Below are positions 1 through 7,365 of a DNA stretch of 64,000 nt, in pieces. This stretch comes from Candidatus Micrarchaeota archaeon. Lineage in GTDB: Archaea > Micrarchaeota > Micrarchaeia > Anstonellales > Bilamarchaeaceae. The DNA lies in NCBI GenBank assembly GCA_043821365.1, contig JBDRCX010000006.1, positions 704,001-768,000 of the forward strand, written 5' to 3'. The notes beneath the pieces are model-generated. The model saw only the letters and a list, made by a program, of their open reading frames with translations, did no database searches and had not been told where the DNA came from. The translations under genes and the position numbers were made by a program. The number at the start of each line of letters is the position of its first letter. Positions within the stretch are counted from its first letter, which is position 1.

Positions 1-884
1 ACTGCTGGTTCTTTATCTCCTCCAAAGTAGTCAGCAATGCATGATTCTACAAGATCTGCAGTTGATGCACTATTTCTTTGCATTCTTGCAACCAGATCTC
101 CTATAAGTATTTTAGTGTCTTGGTACCTTGTTTCTGCCTTTAGTGTATTTAATCTTGCAGTATCCCCTGCTTCTGCGAAATATTCGGCAACTCTTTCGCG
201 TGTATCACTGTATATTGCGGTTTCCCCGATCTCAAGTAAACCATCTTTTTTTCTTGCTACCAATTGTTGTGTTTGTCTTCTTTCTGTTGCTGTTCTGCTT
301 CTTATTGGTATAATTTTACTAACAGAATGGTCATCTCCTAATACATATGTCTTAGTAGCTACTCCAAGTTCTGTTCCATTGGTACTAACGCTTCTGCCTA
401 TATCGTCCATAAAGTATCTTACTGCTGCCTCTCTCAAATCCTCGTGTTTATTGCCTTTTGCTATCGCAGTAATCTCCCCATTTATTCCGTTTTCTGCTAA
501 AATTCTAAATGCAAGATGTCTTATCTCATATCTATTTGAAATTGATCCTTCTCTTAATTCTTCTAGCATTCCTCTTAATTTTTCTGCCACATCATGGTGT
601 CTTCTTCTATCCTCATCTGAAGCATCTTTTTCTGAAACCCGTCCACTTAATTTCCTATATGTTTCTCTCAAAATTGGTATGAATTCTTTCATTGCAGAAA
701 ATCGTTCTTCTGTTGAGGGAGTAGCTTTGTCATATCTCTGTGCAGAAGTAATAAATCGTGTCCTATCTTCTGCACTAATCGTCATCGCAAGTCCTTCACT
801 TCTCGGTTTTGTAGCTGCAGCACCTGAAGGTACGGCAACTGGTCTTCTTTCTACTTGTCTTCTTGCAATAGCAGCATCGGCCAT
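1..884 (-). CDS. Hypothetical protein, 3'-truncated by the window edge (absent from the ORF track)
   Basis: Hand translation from ATG at 884 (MADAAIARRQVERRPVAVPSGAAATKPRSEG...). GGTGA RBS upstream; the frame stays open toward position 1. The listed 37..954(+) ORF is its antisense shadow. Confidence 0.8.
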   Translation of the reverse strand, partial: MADAAIARRQVERRPVAVPSGAAATKPRSEGLAMTISAEDRTRFITSAQRYDKATPSTEERFSAMKEFIPILRETYRKLSGRVSEKDASDEDRRRHHDVAEKLRGMLEELREGSISNRYEIRHLAFRILAENGINGEITAIAKGNKHEDLREAAVRYFMDDIGRSVSTNGTELGVATKTYVLGDDHSVSKIIPIRSRTATERRQTQQLVARKKDGLLEIGETAIYSDTRERVAEYFAEAGDTARLNTLKAETRYQDTKILIGDLVARMQRNSASTADLVESCIADYFGGDKEPA

Positions 885-950
885 TATGGTCACCTGCTTT
901 CCTAGCTCACCGAATCTTTTTAAATCTTACCTCATCGGAATAGAAGTGAA

Positions 951-1664
951 ATGAACAGTATTCTATTCTCTGCTTGCTATGGGTTTCCTCCTAATAGTTA
1001 TGGGTATTGTGGAAGTTCATCTTTTACAAAGAACCTCAAAGAAGCACTAGTTTCTAAAAAAACAAAAAAAATCGAAATTGAATTGAAAAAATTCCAAGCA
1101 CAGTATAAATATCTTGATTTTATTGGAAGAGAAAATAATCTAGCGCCATTTGATCCAAAAGTTGTGGATGCATTTTGGATAGGAAATTCGTTACTTGAAG
1201 AAATTCCACACAAGTCTTTACAAAAGTTTATTGAAAATGATCTTTTTCCACGAAATTCTATTCGCGGAAAAAAACTTGCAAAGTACCTTCCAGAAAATTT
1301 AGTTCCTCATCATAGTTTCAACGTACTCTATGTGAATTTTGTTACTAATAGGGTTGAGAGATCAATAAATAATTTTGATCTCTGTTGTGTTACTGCAGGT
1401 AAAATCAAATCATTAAACCCTACCCATGCAATTGTAGATAGGTTCTCTATAGATTTTAATGGTGAATTCATTTTTGGTAAGAAAATCGAGAAGGTTGATA
1501 TCATAAGGAACCAGGTAAAACTAGTGAAAAATCTAAAGAAAAATGATATTGTGGCATTACATTGGGGAATGGTTGTTGGAAAATTAAACGCAAAGCAATT
1601 AACAAAGTTAAAAAAATATACTAAGATAAATTTTGATGGAATTGGTGGTTTGAATAATCTCTGA
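951..1664 (+). CDS. DUF6390-like protein with C-terminal HypC-like beta domain
   Basis: N-terminal Y-G-F-P-P-N-x-x-G-Y-C-G motif, PHHSFNV motif and C-terminal DIVALHWG, all typical of this family. Confidence 0.65.
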   Translation: MNSILFSACYGFPPNSYGYCGSSSFTKNLKEALVSKKTKKIEIELKKFQAQYKYLDFIGRENNLAPFDPKVVDAFWIGNSLLEEIPHKSLQKFIENDLFPRNSIRGKKLAKYLPENLVPHHSFNVLYVNFVTNRVERSINNFDLCCVTAGKIKSLNPTHAIVDRFSIDFNGEFIFGKKIEKVDIIRNQVKLVKNLKKNDIVALHWGMVVGKLNAKQLTKLKKYTKINFDGIGGLNNL

Positions 1665-1674
1665 ATTTTTACAA

Positions 1675-2841
1675 GTGCCATTTAATCGCTATTTATTATT
1701 TGCATTACTTCTACTCGGTATCTTCATCTATATTTTTGAACAAAATACTGTGGTGCAAACCTCAGATGCAGATCTTGTTATCCACTTCTTTTATTCTCCA
1801 AGTTGTTCTCATTGTGCAGAGCAGGAACCTTTCAATCAACAATTCGAGGCAGAATTTGAAGAAATAGACATTATCTACCATAATGTTGAAGTTCCATCAG
1901 AAACAAGATTACTTTTGATAATGGCACAAAATGTTAGTTTTGATGTTTCTGATCTTGGCACTCCGACAACTTTTATTGGAAATAATATTTTTGTTGGTTT
2001 TGAGCAGAACAGTACACCTTTAGAATTAAGATCAACAATACTGAGATGTCTTGATGGTGATTGCGGTGCTAACTCTTCATCGAAATCAAAAACTGAAATT
2101 ACTCAATCAGTTGATTTGCCTATTTTGGGAAAAGCTGATCTTTCTTCATTTTCATTGCCTGTACTTGCAGTAGTTCTTGGTCTTGTTGATGGTTTCAATC
2201 CATGTGCTATGTGGGTTTTAGTCTATCTTATCGGACTTATCATGAATCTTAAAGATAAGAAAAAACTAATTCTGATTGTCGGTACATTTGTTTTTACCTC
2301 TGGTATATTGTATTTCTTTTTCATGACTGCCTGGTTGAATGCATTTTTATTTTTAGGATATGTGCGGCCAGTAAATATTCTAGTTGGATTAGTTGCTCTT
2401 GGTGCTGGAATAATATCCTTGAAAGAGTATCATGACACTGGAGGTGCAATGGTTTGCAAAGCATCAGATGGCAAAGCTAAGAAAAAGATTGCACACCAGG
2501 CAAAGGAAATAATCTCAGCTCCATTAACTTGGCTTACTTTTATTGGTATTATTGCTTTGGCATTTACAGTGAACTCAATTGAATTTGTTTGTTCTGCTGC
2601 TCTTCCTGCAGTATTTACTCAAGTTCTAGCGTTGAGTGATTTATCGCAGTTGGAGTATTATGCTTACATTCTTCTCTATGTTTTTGCATTCATGCTTGAT
2701 GATCTTGTTGTATTTGGTTCTGCCATATTCATATACAGTCATCTTACTGATGATTATGCAAAATACTGCAAAATAATCGGAGGAGTGATAATGTTACTAT
2801 TAGGACTTATCCTTCTTTTTGCTCCAAACTTCCTAAATTAA
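1675..2841 (+). CDS. Thioredoxin/glutaredoxin domain fused to a DsbD/CcdA-like membrane domain
   Basis: N-terminal TM, CSHC motif in a Trx fold, GLVDGFNPCAMWVL and EFVCSA membrane Cys motifs, about 6 TMs. Confidence 0.75.
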   Translation: MPFNRYLLFALLLLGIFIYIFEQNTVVQTSDADLVIHFFYSPSCSHCAEQEPFNQQFEAEFEEIDIIYHNVEVPSETRLLLIMAQNVSFDVSDLGTPTTFIGNNIFVGFEQNSTPLELRSTILRCLDGDCGANSSSKSKTEITQSVDLPILGKADLSSFSLPVLAVVLGLVDGFNPCAMWVLVYLIGLIMNLKDKKKLILIVGTFVFTSGILYFFFMTAWLNAFLFLGYVRPVNILVGLVALGAGIISLKEYHDTGGAMVCKASDGKAKKKIAHQAKEIISAPLTWLTFIGIIALAFTVNSIEFVCSAALPAVFTQVLALSDLSQLEYYAYILLYVFAFMLDDLVVFGSAIFIYSHLTDDYAKYCKIIGGVIMLLLGLILLFAPNFLN

Positions 2842-2970
2842 ACAAATTATTATAAATAGTTGTACCAAATTAATATTTTCACATACATCTAATCTTTTTT
2901 ATATTGTTTTAACAAGAAACCAAAGTGTTAAATGTTTTTCTATACAATATTATATCCCTTTTATTTAAAG

Positions 2971-3172
2971 GGTCAGGACAATTCGGTTGCCTTGAAAATG
3001 GTATGCATGGATACCTCTAAGTGATTTTAGCCATCAGTATGGCGTCTGGACCTAGTCTCGCTATACGAAATCCGTGTCACTTATGTAAATCTATACATTG
3101 AAGGGGTATAATTGGATGTGCGGATGGGTTAAGTTGAGTCCGTTTTTCCTATCTCTTCAACCGAGTCCAGCT
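2971..3172. ncRNA. Candidate structured non-coding RNA (unassigned)
   Basis: No ORF on either strand and more GC-rich than its flanks. Several helices are visible by eye (3018-3024/3077-3083, 3030-3043, 3083-3098, 3122-3128/3148-3154). Confidence 0.3.
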
Positions 3173-3180
3173 GTTTGATT

Positions 3181-3199
3181 GTGGAAACTACGTTTCCAC
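3181..3199. repeat. GTGGAAAC-N-GTTTCCAC palindrome, copy 1
   Basis: Near-identical copy at 50010-50029; both are followed by ACCTT. Confidence 0.7.
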
Positions 3200-3247
3200 A
3201 CCTTTTTTCTATCTAAAAAATTCTAGTTCTAATTAAATTGGGGTTTG

Positions 3248-3266
3248 GAAGGGGCAAAGCCCCTTC
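3248..3266. repeat. GC-rich REP-like hairpin
   Basis: GAAGGGGC-AAA-GCCCCTTC, preceded by GGGGTTTG; a similar element lies at 16491-16506. Confidence 0.55.
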
Positions 3267-3308
3267 AATCAAACCAAAAGAGTGGGAGAGCGTCTAAAAA
3301 AGAAAACT

Positions 3309-3334
3309 CCAGGACGACCTCTCTTTCGTCCTGG
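3309..3334 (-). terminator. Hairpin plus T tract downstream of the 43-aa gene
   Basis: 9-bp stem CCAGGACGA/TCGTCCTGG followed on the minus strand by AGTTTTCTTTTT. Confidence 0.55.
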
Positions 3335-3344
3335 TTAAGGTGAT

Positions 3345-3476
3345 TCATACGGCGCTTTCGATGGCAAATGCTACCTCCTTCCCATATTCCATAAGAACAT
3401 CAAATAATTCTTTTTCTGTTTCATCAAGTTGTTCCCTATATGAAAACAACGTGTCAAATTTTTCCTGAAATTTCAT
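3345..3476 (-). CDS. 43-aa acidic helical microprotein
   Basis: MKFQEKFDTLFSYREQLDETEKELFDVLMEYGKEVAFAIESAV; strong GGAGGTG RBS at 3483-3489 and a downstream hairpin. Confidence 0.65.
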   Translation of the reverse strand: MKFQEKFDTLFSYREQLDETEKELFDVLMEYGKEVAFAIESAV

Positions 3477-3612
3477 ATACCACACCTCCTATGAATATAA
3501 CGAGACCCAATGGGTCTCAACTGGTCGTTAAACCGGGAGAATTCCCCCGACAGATTATAGAGATAAAAACCAGTTGTTCTTTATAAACAAAATTAGACAC
3601 CTCATTTCCGCG

Positions 3613-3637
3613 CCTACCTTTTTGGTAAAAAGGTAGG
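3613..3637. repeat. T5-N3-A5 palindromic element
   Basis: CCTACC-TTTTT-GGT-AAAAA-GGTAGG followed by TCCAAAAAC. Confidence 0.75.
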
Positions 3638-3706
3638 TCCAAAAACGTATTTGCTAAAAAGTAAACATTAAATCCTGTTCGTATAACTATTCCTTTGGTG
3701 ATACTC

Positions 3707-3868
3707 ATGTCAGAAAAAAAATGCTTAGTTTGTGGAATAGCTGAATCACAAAAATGGATAGAAAAACAAAATCTTGCTGGAATCAAAGCATATTTCTGCG
3801 GTCCACAACATTATCAAGAATATAAAAAGAAAGGTGCAGAGTCTGGAGTTTGCGAATTCTGTCAGTGA
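3707..3868 (+). CDS. 53-aa Cys/His microprotein, TRASH/YHS-like
   Basis: MSEKKCLVCG...AYFCGPQH...GVCEFCQ; GGTGA RBS; converges on the ZIP transporter. Confidence 0.75.
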   Translation: MSEKKCLVCGIAESQKWIEKQNLAGIKAYFCGPQHYQEYKKKGAESGVCEFCQ

Positions 3869-4602
3869 GAATGTCCCGATACAATCAGAATAATTATTAT
3901 TGCACCCACGACAATTCCCATCACTTGTATTATTGATTTTTTTACATCTTTTTCTTCATGTAATTCGGGTAAAAGTGCAGCACATGAAATGTATATGAAA
4001 GTTCCTGCAGTAAATGCAAGTCCATAGTAACTGATATTCTCAATTATGCCTGAAAGATAAAAGAAAATTAATCCACCAACAACCGCAGTTAATGCGCTTA
4101 ATAAGTTCCAAAAAAGTGCCATTTTTCTTGAAAATCCGCCGTGTAATAACATTGCAAAATCACTTATTTCATGCGGAATTTCATGCATTGCAACAGCAAT
4201 GGTTGTTGTAACTCCTAGTTCAAAAGAAACAAGATAACTCGCTGCTATTGCAATACCGTCAAAAAAGTTATGTATTCCATCTCCAGCTAAAATTAGGTAT
4301 GCAATGGGTTTTTTCTTTTCAGGATGGTGGGAATGGCCATGATGCCAATGGACAAATTTTTCTAATATGAAGAAGAACACCAAACCCAAGAGAGTAAAAG
4401 GGAATACTTCATGCAAATTAAGGTTTTCTATTGCTTCGGGCAGTAATTCATAAAAAACAGTTGCAAGAAGAGCACCTGCTGCTAGACTTATAATTACATA
4501 AATTACCTTATCCACGGTTTTCTTATTTAACAATACCAAAAAAACTCCAACTAGTGAAATCAGACTGATTAATATTGTAGAAATTAAAATCTCAAATAAC
4601 AT
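3862..4602 (-). CDS. ZIP family (ZupT-like) metal transporter
   Basis: His-rich loop HWHHGHSHH, GDGIHNFFDG and HEIPHE motifs, multiple TMs. Confidence 0.92.
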   Translation of the reverse strand: MLFEILISTILISLISLVGVFLVLLNKKTVDKVIYVIISLAAGALLATVFYELLPEAIENLNLHEVFPFTLLGLVFFFILEKFVHWHHGHSHHPEKKKPIAYLILAGDGIHNFFDGIAIAASYLVSFELGVTTTIAVAMHEIPHEISDFAMLLHGGFSRKMALFWNLLSALTAVVGGLIFFYLSGIIENISYYGLAFTAGTFIYISCAALLPELHEEKDVKKSIIQVMGIVVGAIIIILIVSGHSH

Positions 4603-4694
4603 GAGTTTGTTGGGCTTGGTAAGATTAATAAATATTCTCTAGAAAGTTATTAACTATTGTATATTTTTTGAATTTTTTTAATAAAAGTGGTATT

Positions 4695-4847
4695 ATGGAA
4701 AGAAAATTGCTTGAAAAAGGAAATACAAGTCTTGCTTTAGGTACTGTGTTTGGTGTAAGTGCATTGACCTGCCCATGTCCTCTATGTATAATTCCATCAA
4801 TTAGTTTTTTTGCCAATTCTATTCGAGAGAAATTTTTCGGAGAGTGA
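4695..4847 (+). CDS. 50-aa membrane microprotein with CPCPLC motif
   Basis: MERKLLEKGNTSLALGTVFGVSALTCPCPLCIIPSISFFANSIREKFFGE; directly upstream of the NikR-like gene. Confidence 0.7.
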   Translation: MERKLLEKGNTSLALGTVFGVSALTCPCPLCIIPSISFFANSIREKFFGE

Positions 4848-4851
4848 TTAT

Positions 4852-5232
4852 TTGGAAATTATTAGCATTTCTCTAGATACTGAAACTTTAAAGGAATTAG
4901 ACAGAGTCCAGAAAACACTTGGTTTCAAAAGTAGGTCAAAATTACTTCGTACTACTCTAGATTCTTTTATAAATGAATACAGAGTTATGGAATCTCTCAA
5001 AGGTCACATTGATAGTGTTTTTGTTATTACATATAAGGAATCAGAGAAACACAAAATCTCCGATCTTCTTCATAATTTTGAGGACACTATAAAGACCGTA
5101 GTACATCAACATCATGTTGGGATTTGTTTAGAAGTATTGATTATATGCGCAGATGCTAGAAGAGTAAGGGAACTCTTCAGTGTACTGAAGAGATATAAGG
5201 GGGTTAGGTCTGTTAGCTGCTCTGTGATCTAA
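4852..5232 (+). CDS. NikR/CopG-family ribbon-helix-helix metal-responsive regulator
   Basis: IISISLD...SRSKLLR RHH domain and C-terminal HQHHVGICLEV metal site; TTG start at 4852 follows GGAGAGTGA. Confidence 0.8.
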   Translation: MEIISISLDTETLKELDRVQKTLGFKSRSKLLRTTLDSFINEYRVMESLKGHIDSVFVITYKESEKHKISDLLHNFEDTIKTVVHQHHVGICLEVLIICADARRVRELFSVLKRYKGVRSVSCSVI

Positions 5233-5291
5233 AGCCAGTACTAAGTCTTTTAAACCCGTTCTAATAATTTATTCTTACCAATTTTCTTAAA

Positions 5292-5310
5292 CCGATGAGA
5301 GAAATTGAGG
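5292..5310 (+). promoter_or_regulatory. Kink-turn/K-loop in the rpl7ae 5' UTR
   Basis: CC-GAT-GAG-loop-TGA-GG: C-stem, 3-nt bulge and tandem G.A pairs, overlapping the RBS. Confidence 0.65.
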
Positions 5311-5317
5311 TGTTAAT

Positions 5318-5680
5318 ATGGGATATATAGATTTAGAGATACCAGCAGAACTGGTACCGCAAATTGTGGAAATGCTTTCAGTTGCAAAAGACGGAGGCAA
5401 AATTAAAAAAGGAGTTAATGAAACTACAAAATCAATTGAGAGAAAATCAGCTCAATTTGTAGTTGTTGCAGGTGACGTTACACCAGAAGAAGTTGTTATT
5501 CACATACCAATGCTTTGTAAAGAGCACAATGTGCCATATGCATTTGTTCCAACAAAAAAAGATTTGGGTATTGCAGTTGGCATTGAAGTTGGAACTTCTG
5601 CTGTTGCAGTTGAAAATGCAGGTGGTGCCACCGAAAAACTTCAGGACATCATAAAAAAATTACCAAAACCACAAAAGTGA
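5318..5680 (+). CDS. rpl7ae: 50S ribosomal protein L7Ae
   Basis: KIKKGVNETTKSIER...HIPMLCKEHNVPY. Confidence 0.97.
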   Translation: MGYIDLEIPAELVPQIVEMLSVAKDGGKIKKGVNETTKSIERKSAQFVVVAGDVTPEEVVIHIPMLCKEHNVPYAFVPTKKDLGIAVGIEVGTSAVAVENAGGATEKLQDIIKKLPKPQK

Positions 5681-5685
5681 TTTGA

Positions 5686-5892
5686 ATGGCAGATGGTTAT
5701 CCAGCGGAGATTGTTGAAATACGTGCCAAAACTGGTGTTTATGGTGAAATCTACCAGGTTCTTTGTAAAGTGCTAGAAGGTCCTGATGCAGGTAGAGTTA
5801 TCCTAAGAAATATCAAGGGACCTGTAAAGAAGGGAATGGTAGTAGTTTTACTTGATACTGACAGGGAAGCAAAGGAAATTAAGTCAAGGTGA
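5686..5892 (+). CDS. rps28e: 30S ribosomal protein S28e
   Basis: PAEIVEI...GEIYQVLCKVL...RNIKGPV; canonical operon position. Confidence 0.95.
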   Translation: MADGYPAEIVEIRAKTGVYGEIYQVLCKVLEGPDAGRVILRNIKGPVKKGMVVVLLDTDREAKEIKSR

Positions 5893-5896
5893 AGAT

Positions 5897-6088
5897 ATGC
5901 CTAATTGTTCTTTTTGTGATAATTCCGTGCATAAAGGCACTGGAATGATGTATGTTAAGAAAGATGGTACATTGTATAATTTCTGTTCAAGCAAGTGCAA
6001 AAAAAATGCTCTTGGATTGAAAAGAGAAGGAAGAAGACAGAAATGGACACCAGCAGCAAGAAAATTCACTGGTCGTCAAGCGAAGTGA
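5897..6088 (+). CDS. rpl24e: 50S ribosomal protein L24e
   Basis: CSFC...GTGMMYVKKDG...FCSSKC...KWT; ATG at 5897. Confidence 0.96.
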   Translation: MPNCSFCDNSVHKGTGMMYVKKDGTLYNFCSSKCKKNALGLKREGRRQKWTPAARKFTGRQAK

Positions 6089-6092
6089 GATA

Positions 6093-6554
6093 ATGATTGA
6101 AAGAACATTGCTTCTTCTTAAGCCTGATGCAATACAAAGAGGTCTTATTGGTAAATTGTTGCATCGATTTGAAAGAAAAGGATTCAAGATTATAGGTCTA
6201 AAAATGCTTAAGATGTCAAAAGATCTAGCCAAAGAGCATTATGCTCACCTGGTTAACAAACCTTTTTATCCAGATCTTGAAAAATTTGTTACTGAAAATC
6301 CAATCATTGCAGTTGCAATTGAAGGTAAAGAAGCAGTTGAAGTTACAAGAACAATTGTTGGTCCAACTAATGCATCAAAAGCACCAAGTGGAACAATAAG
6401 GGGAGATTTTTCAAATAGTACTTCAAGAAATGTCATACACGCGTCTGATTCAAAAGAAACAGCAGAAAAAGAAGTTCCAAGGTTCTTTAAACCAGATGAA
6501 CTTTTTGACTATTCGCTTGTTTTGGAGAACTATCTTCGTGCATCAGATGAATAA
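6093..6554 (+). CDS. ndk: Nucleoside diphosphate kinase
   Basis: ERTLLLLKPDA, GTIRGDF and NVIHASDS motifs. Confidence 0.97.
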   Translation: MIERTLLLLKPDAIQRGLIGKLLHRFERKGFKIIGLKMLKMSKDLAKEHYAHLVNKPFYPDLEKFVTENPIIAVAIEGKEAVEVTRTIVGPTNASKAPSGTIRGDFSNSTSRNVIHASDSKETAEKEVPRFFKPDELFDYSLVLENYLRASDE

Positions 6555-6592
6555 TGTTTTTTTGAAATAGGAATTTTAATGAGGTAGAAAAA

Positions 6593-6928
6593 ATGAGTAA
6601 GAAATTGTATGTAGGAAATTTGCCGTTTAGTGTAACCCAAGAGCAGTTGAAAGATCTTTTTGCTCCTATGGGTGAGGTTACTGAAGTTACCCTTATCGTT
6701 GATAAGGCAACTGGCCGCTCACGTGGTTTTGGTTTCGTTACCATTTCAGATGATGAGGTTGCTGCTAAAGCAATTTCAGAAATGAATGGAAAAGATATCG
6801 AAGGCCGACAGATCACAGTGAGTGAAGCCCGTCCAATGGGTGAACGCAGCGAAAGAAGACCATTCCGTCCAAGGGGCGGCGGTGGCTTTGGTGGTAGAGG
6901 CCGAAGAAGAGAATTTGATGATTTCTAA
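6593..6928 (+). CDS. Single-RRM RNA-binding protein with Gly/Arg-rich tail
   Basis: RNP2 LYVGNL and RNP1 RGFGFV. Confidence 0.93.
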   Translation: MSKKLYVGNLPFSVTQEQLKDLFAPMGEVTEVTLIVDKATGRSRGFGFVTISDDEVAAKAISEMNGKDIEGRQITVSEARPMGERSERRPFRPRGGGGFGGRGRRREFDDF

Positions 6929-7335
6929 TTTTTAATAATTTTTATTTTTATTGTTACGCTTCCATAAGGGTCAGTCCCTTGAGTGGATGCGGTATTATCT
7001 ACCACTAAATAGTACCTTCCAGGTTCGATAATTTCAATAGTCTGTGAATATTCTGAAACACCTATTCCTTGATCTTCAACAATAAAATCCTGTACTCCAC
7101 CGCCTAAATTGTAATTATAATCAGCATAGCCATTAGAATCAACAAGGTAAACGTCAACAGGCCCCCCATCAGTGACATTCACATCAATATTGATTAAGTC
7201 GCCTTTTACTGTATCAAACCACCAGGCATTCATCTCATCCTGTGCAATAGTGGTTTGTTCATCAAATAGAGGTTCAGTTTGTAAACATCCAAAAAGAGCC
7301 AAGCTTAATATGGCTAAGATTATGATCTTATACAT
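6925..7335 (-). CDS. Putative lipoprotein/secreted beta-sandwich protein
   Basis: Signal peptide ending ALFGC; G.YYLVVDN motif. Confidence 0.6.
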   Translation of the reverse strand: MYKIIILAILSLALFGCLQTEPLFDEQTTIAQDEMNAWWFDTVKGDLINIDVNVTDGGPVDVYLVDSNGYADYNYNLGGGVQDFIVEDQGIGVSEYSQTIEIIEPGRYYLVVDNTASTQGTDPYGSVTIKIKIIKN

Positions 7336-7365
7336 TATTGATAAACCCGTGTTTAATTTAAAAAA

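Noticed and set aside
37-954. 305-aa + strand ORF in the track
   Set aside because: Antisense shadow of the minus-strand gene starting at 884; Ser/Leu-rich composition and no RBS.
3025-3045. CTGATGG on the minus strand as a hammerhead core
   Set aside because: Mismatch to CTGATGA, buried in a hairpin, and no properly placed GAAA partner.
3517-3786. 89-aa minus ORF
   Set aside because: Overlaps a palindrome and the better-supported + strand Cys microprotein (3707-3868).
4647-4684. TTATTAA-N24-TTAATAA inverted repeat as a NikR-like operator
   Set aside because: All A/T in an AT-rich promoter, so it cannot be told from chance without binding data.
4625-4816. 63-aa minus ORF
   Set aside because: Antisense to the CPCPLC microprotein, which has an RBS and operon coupling.
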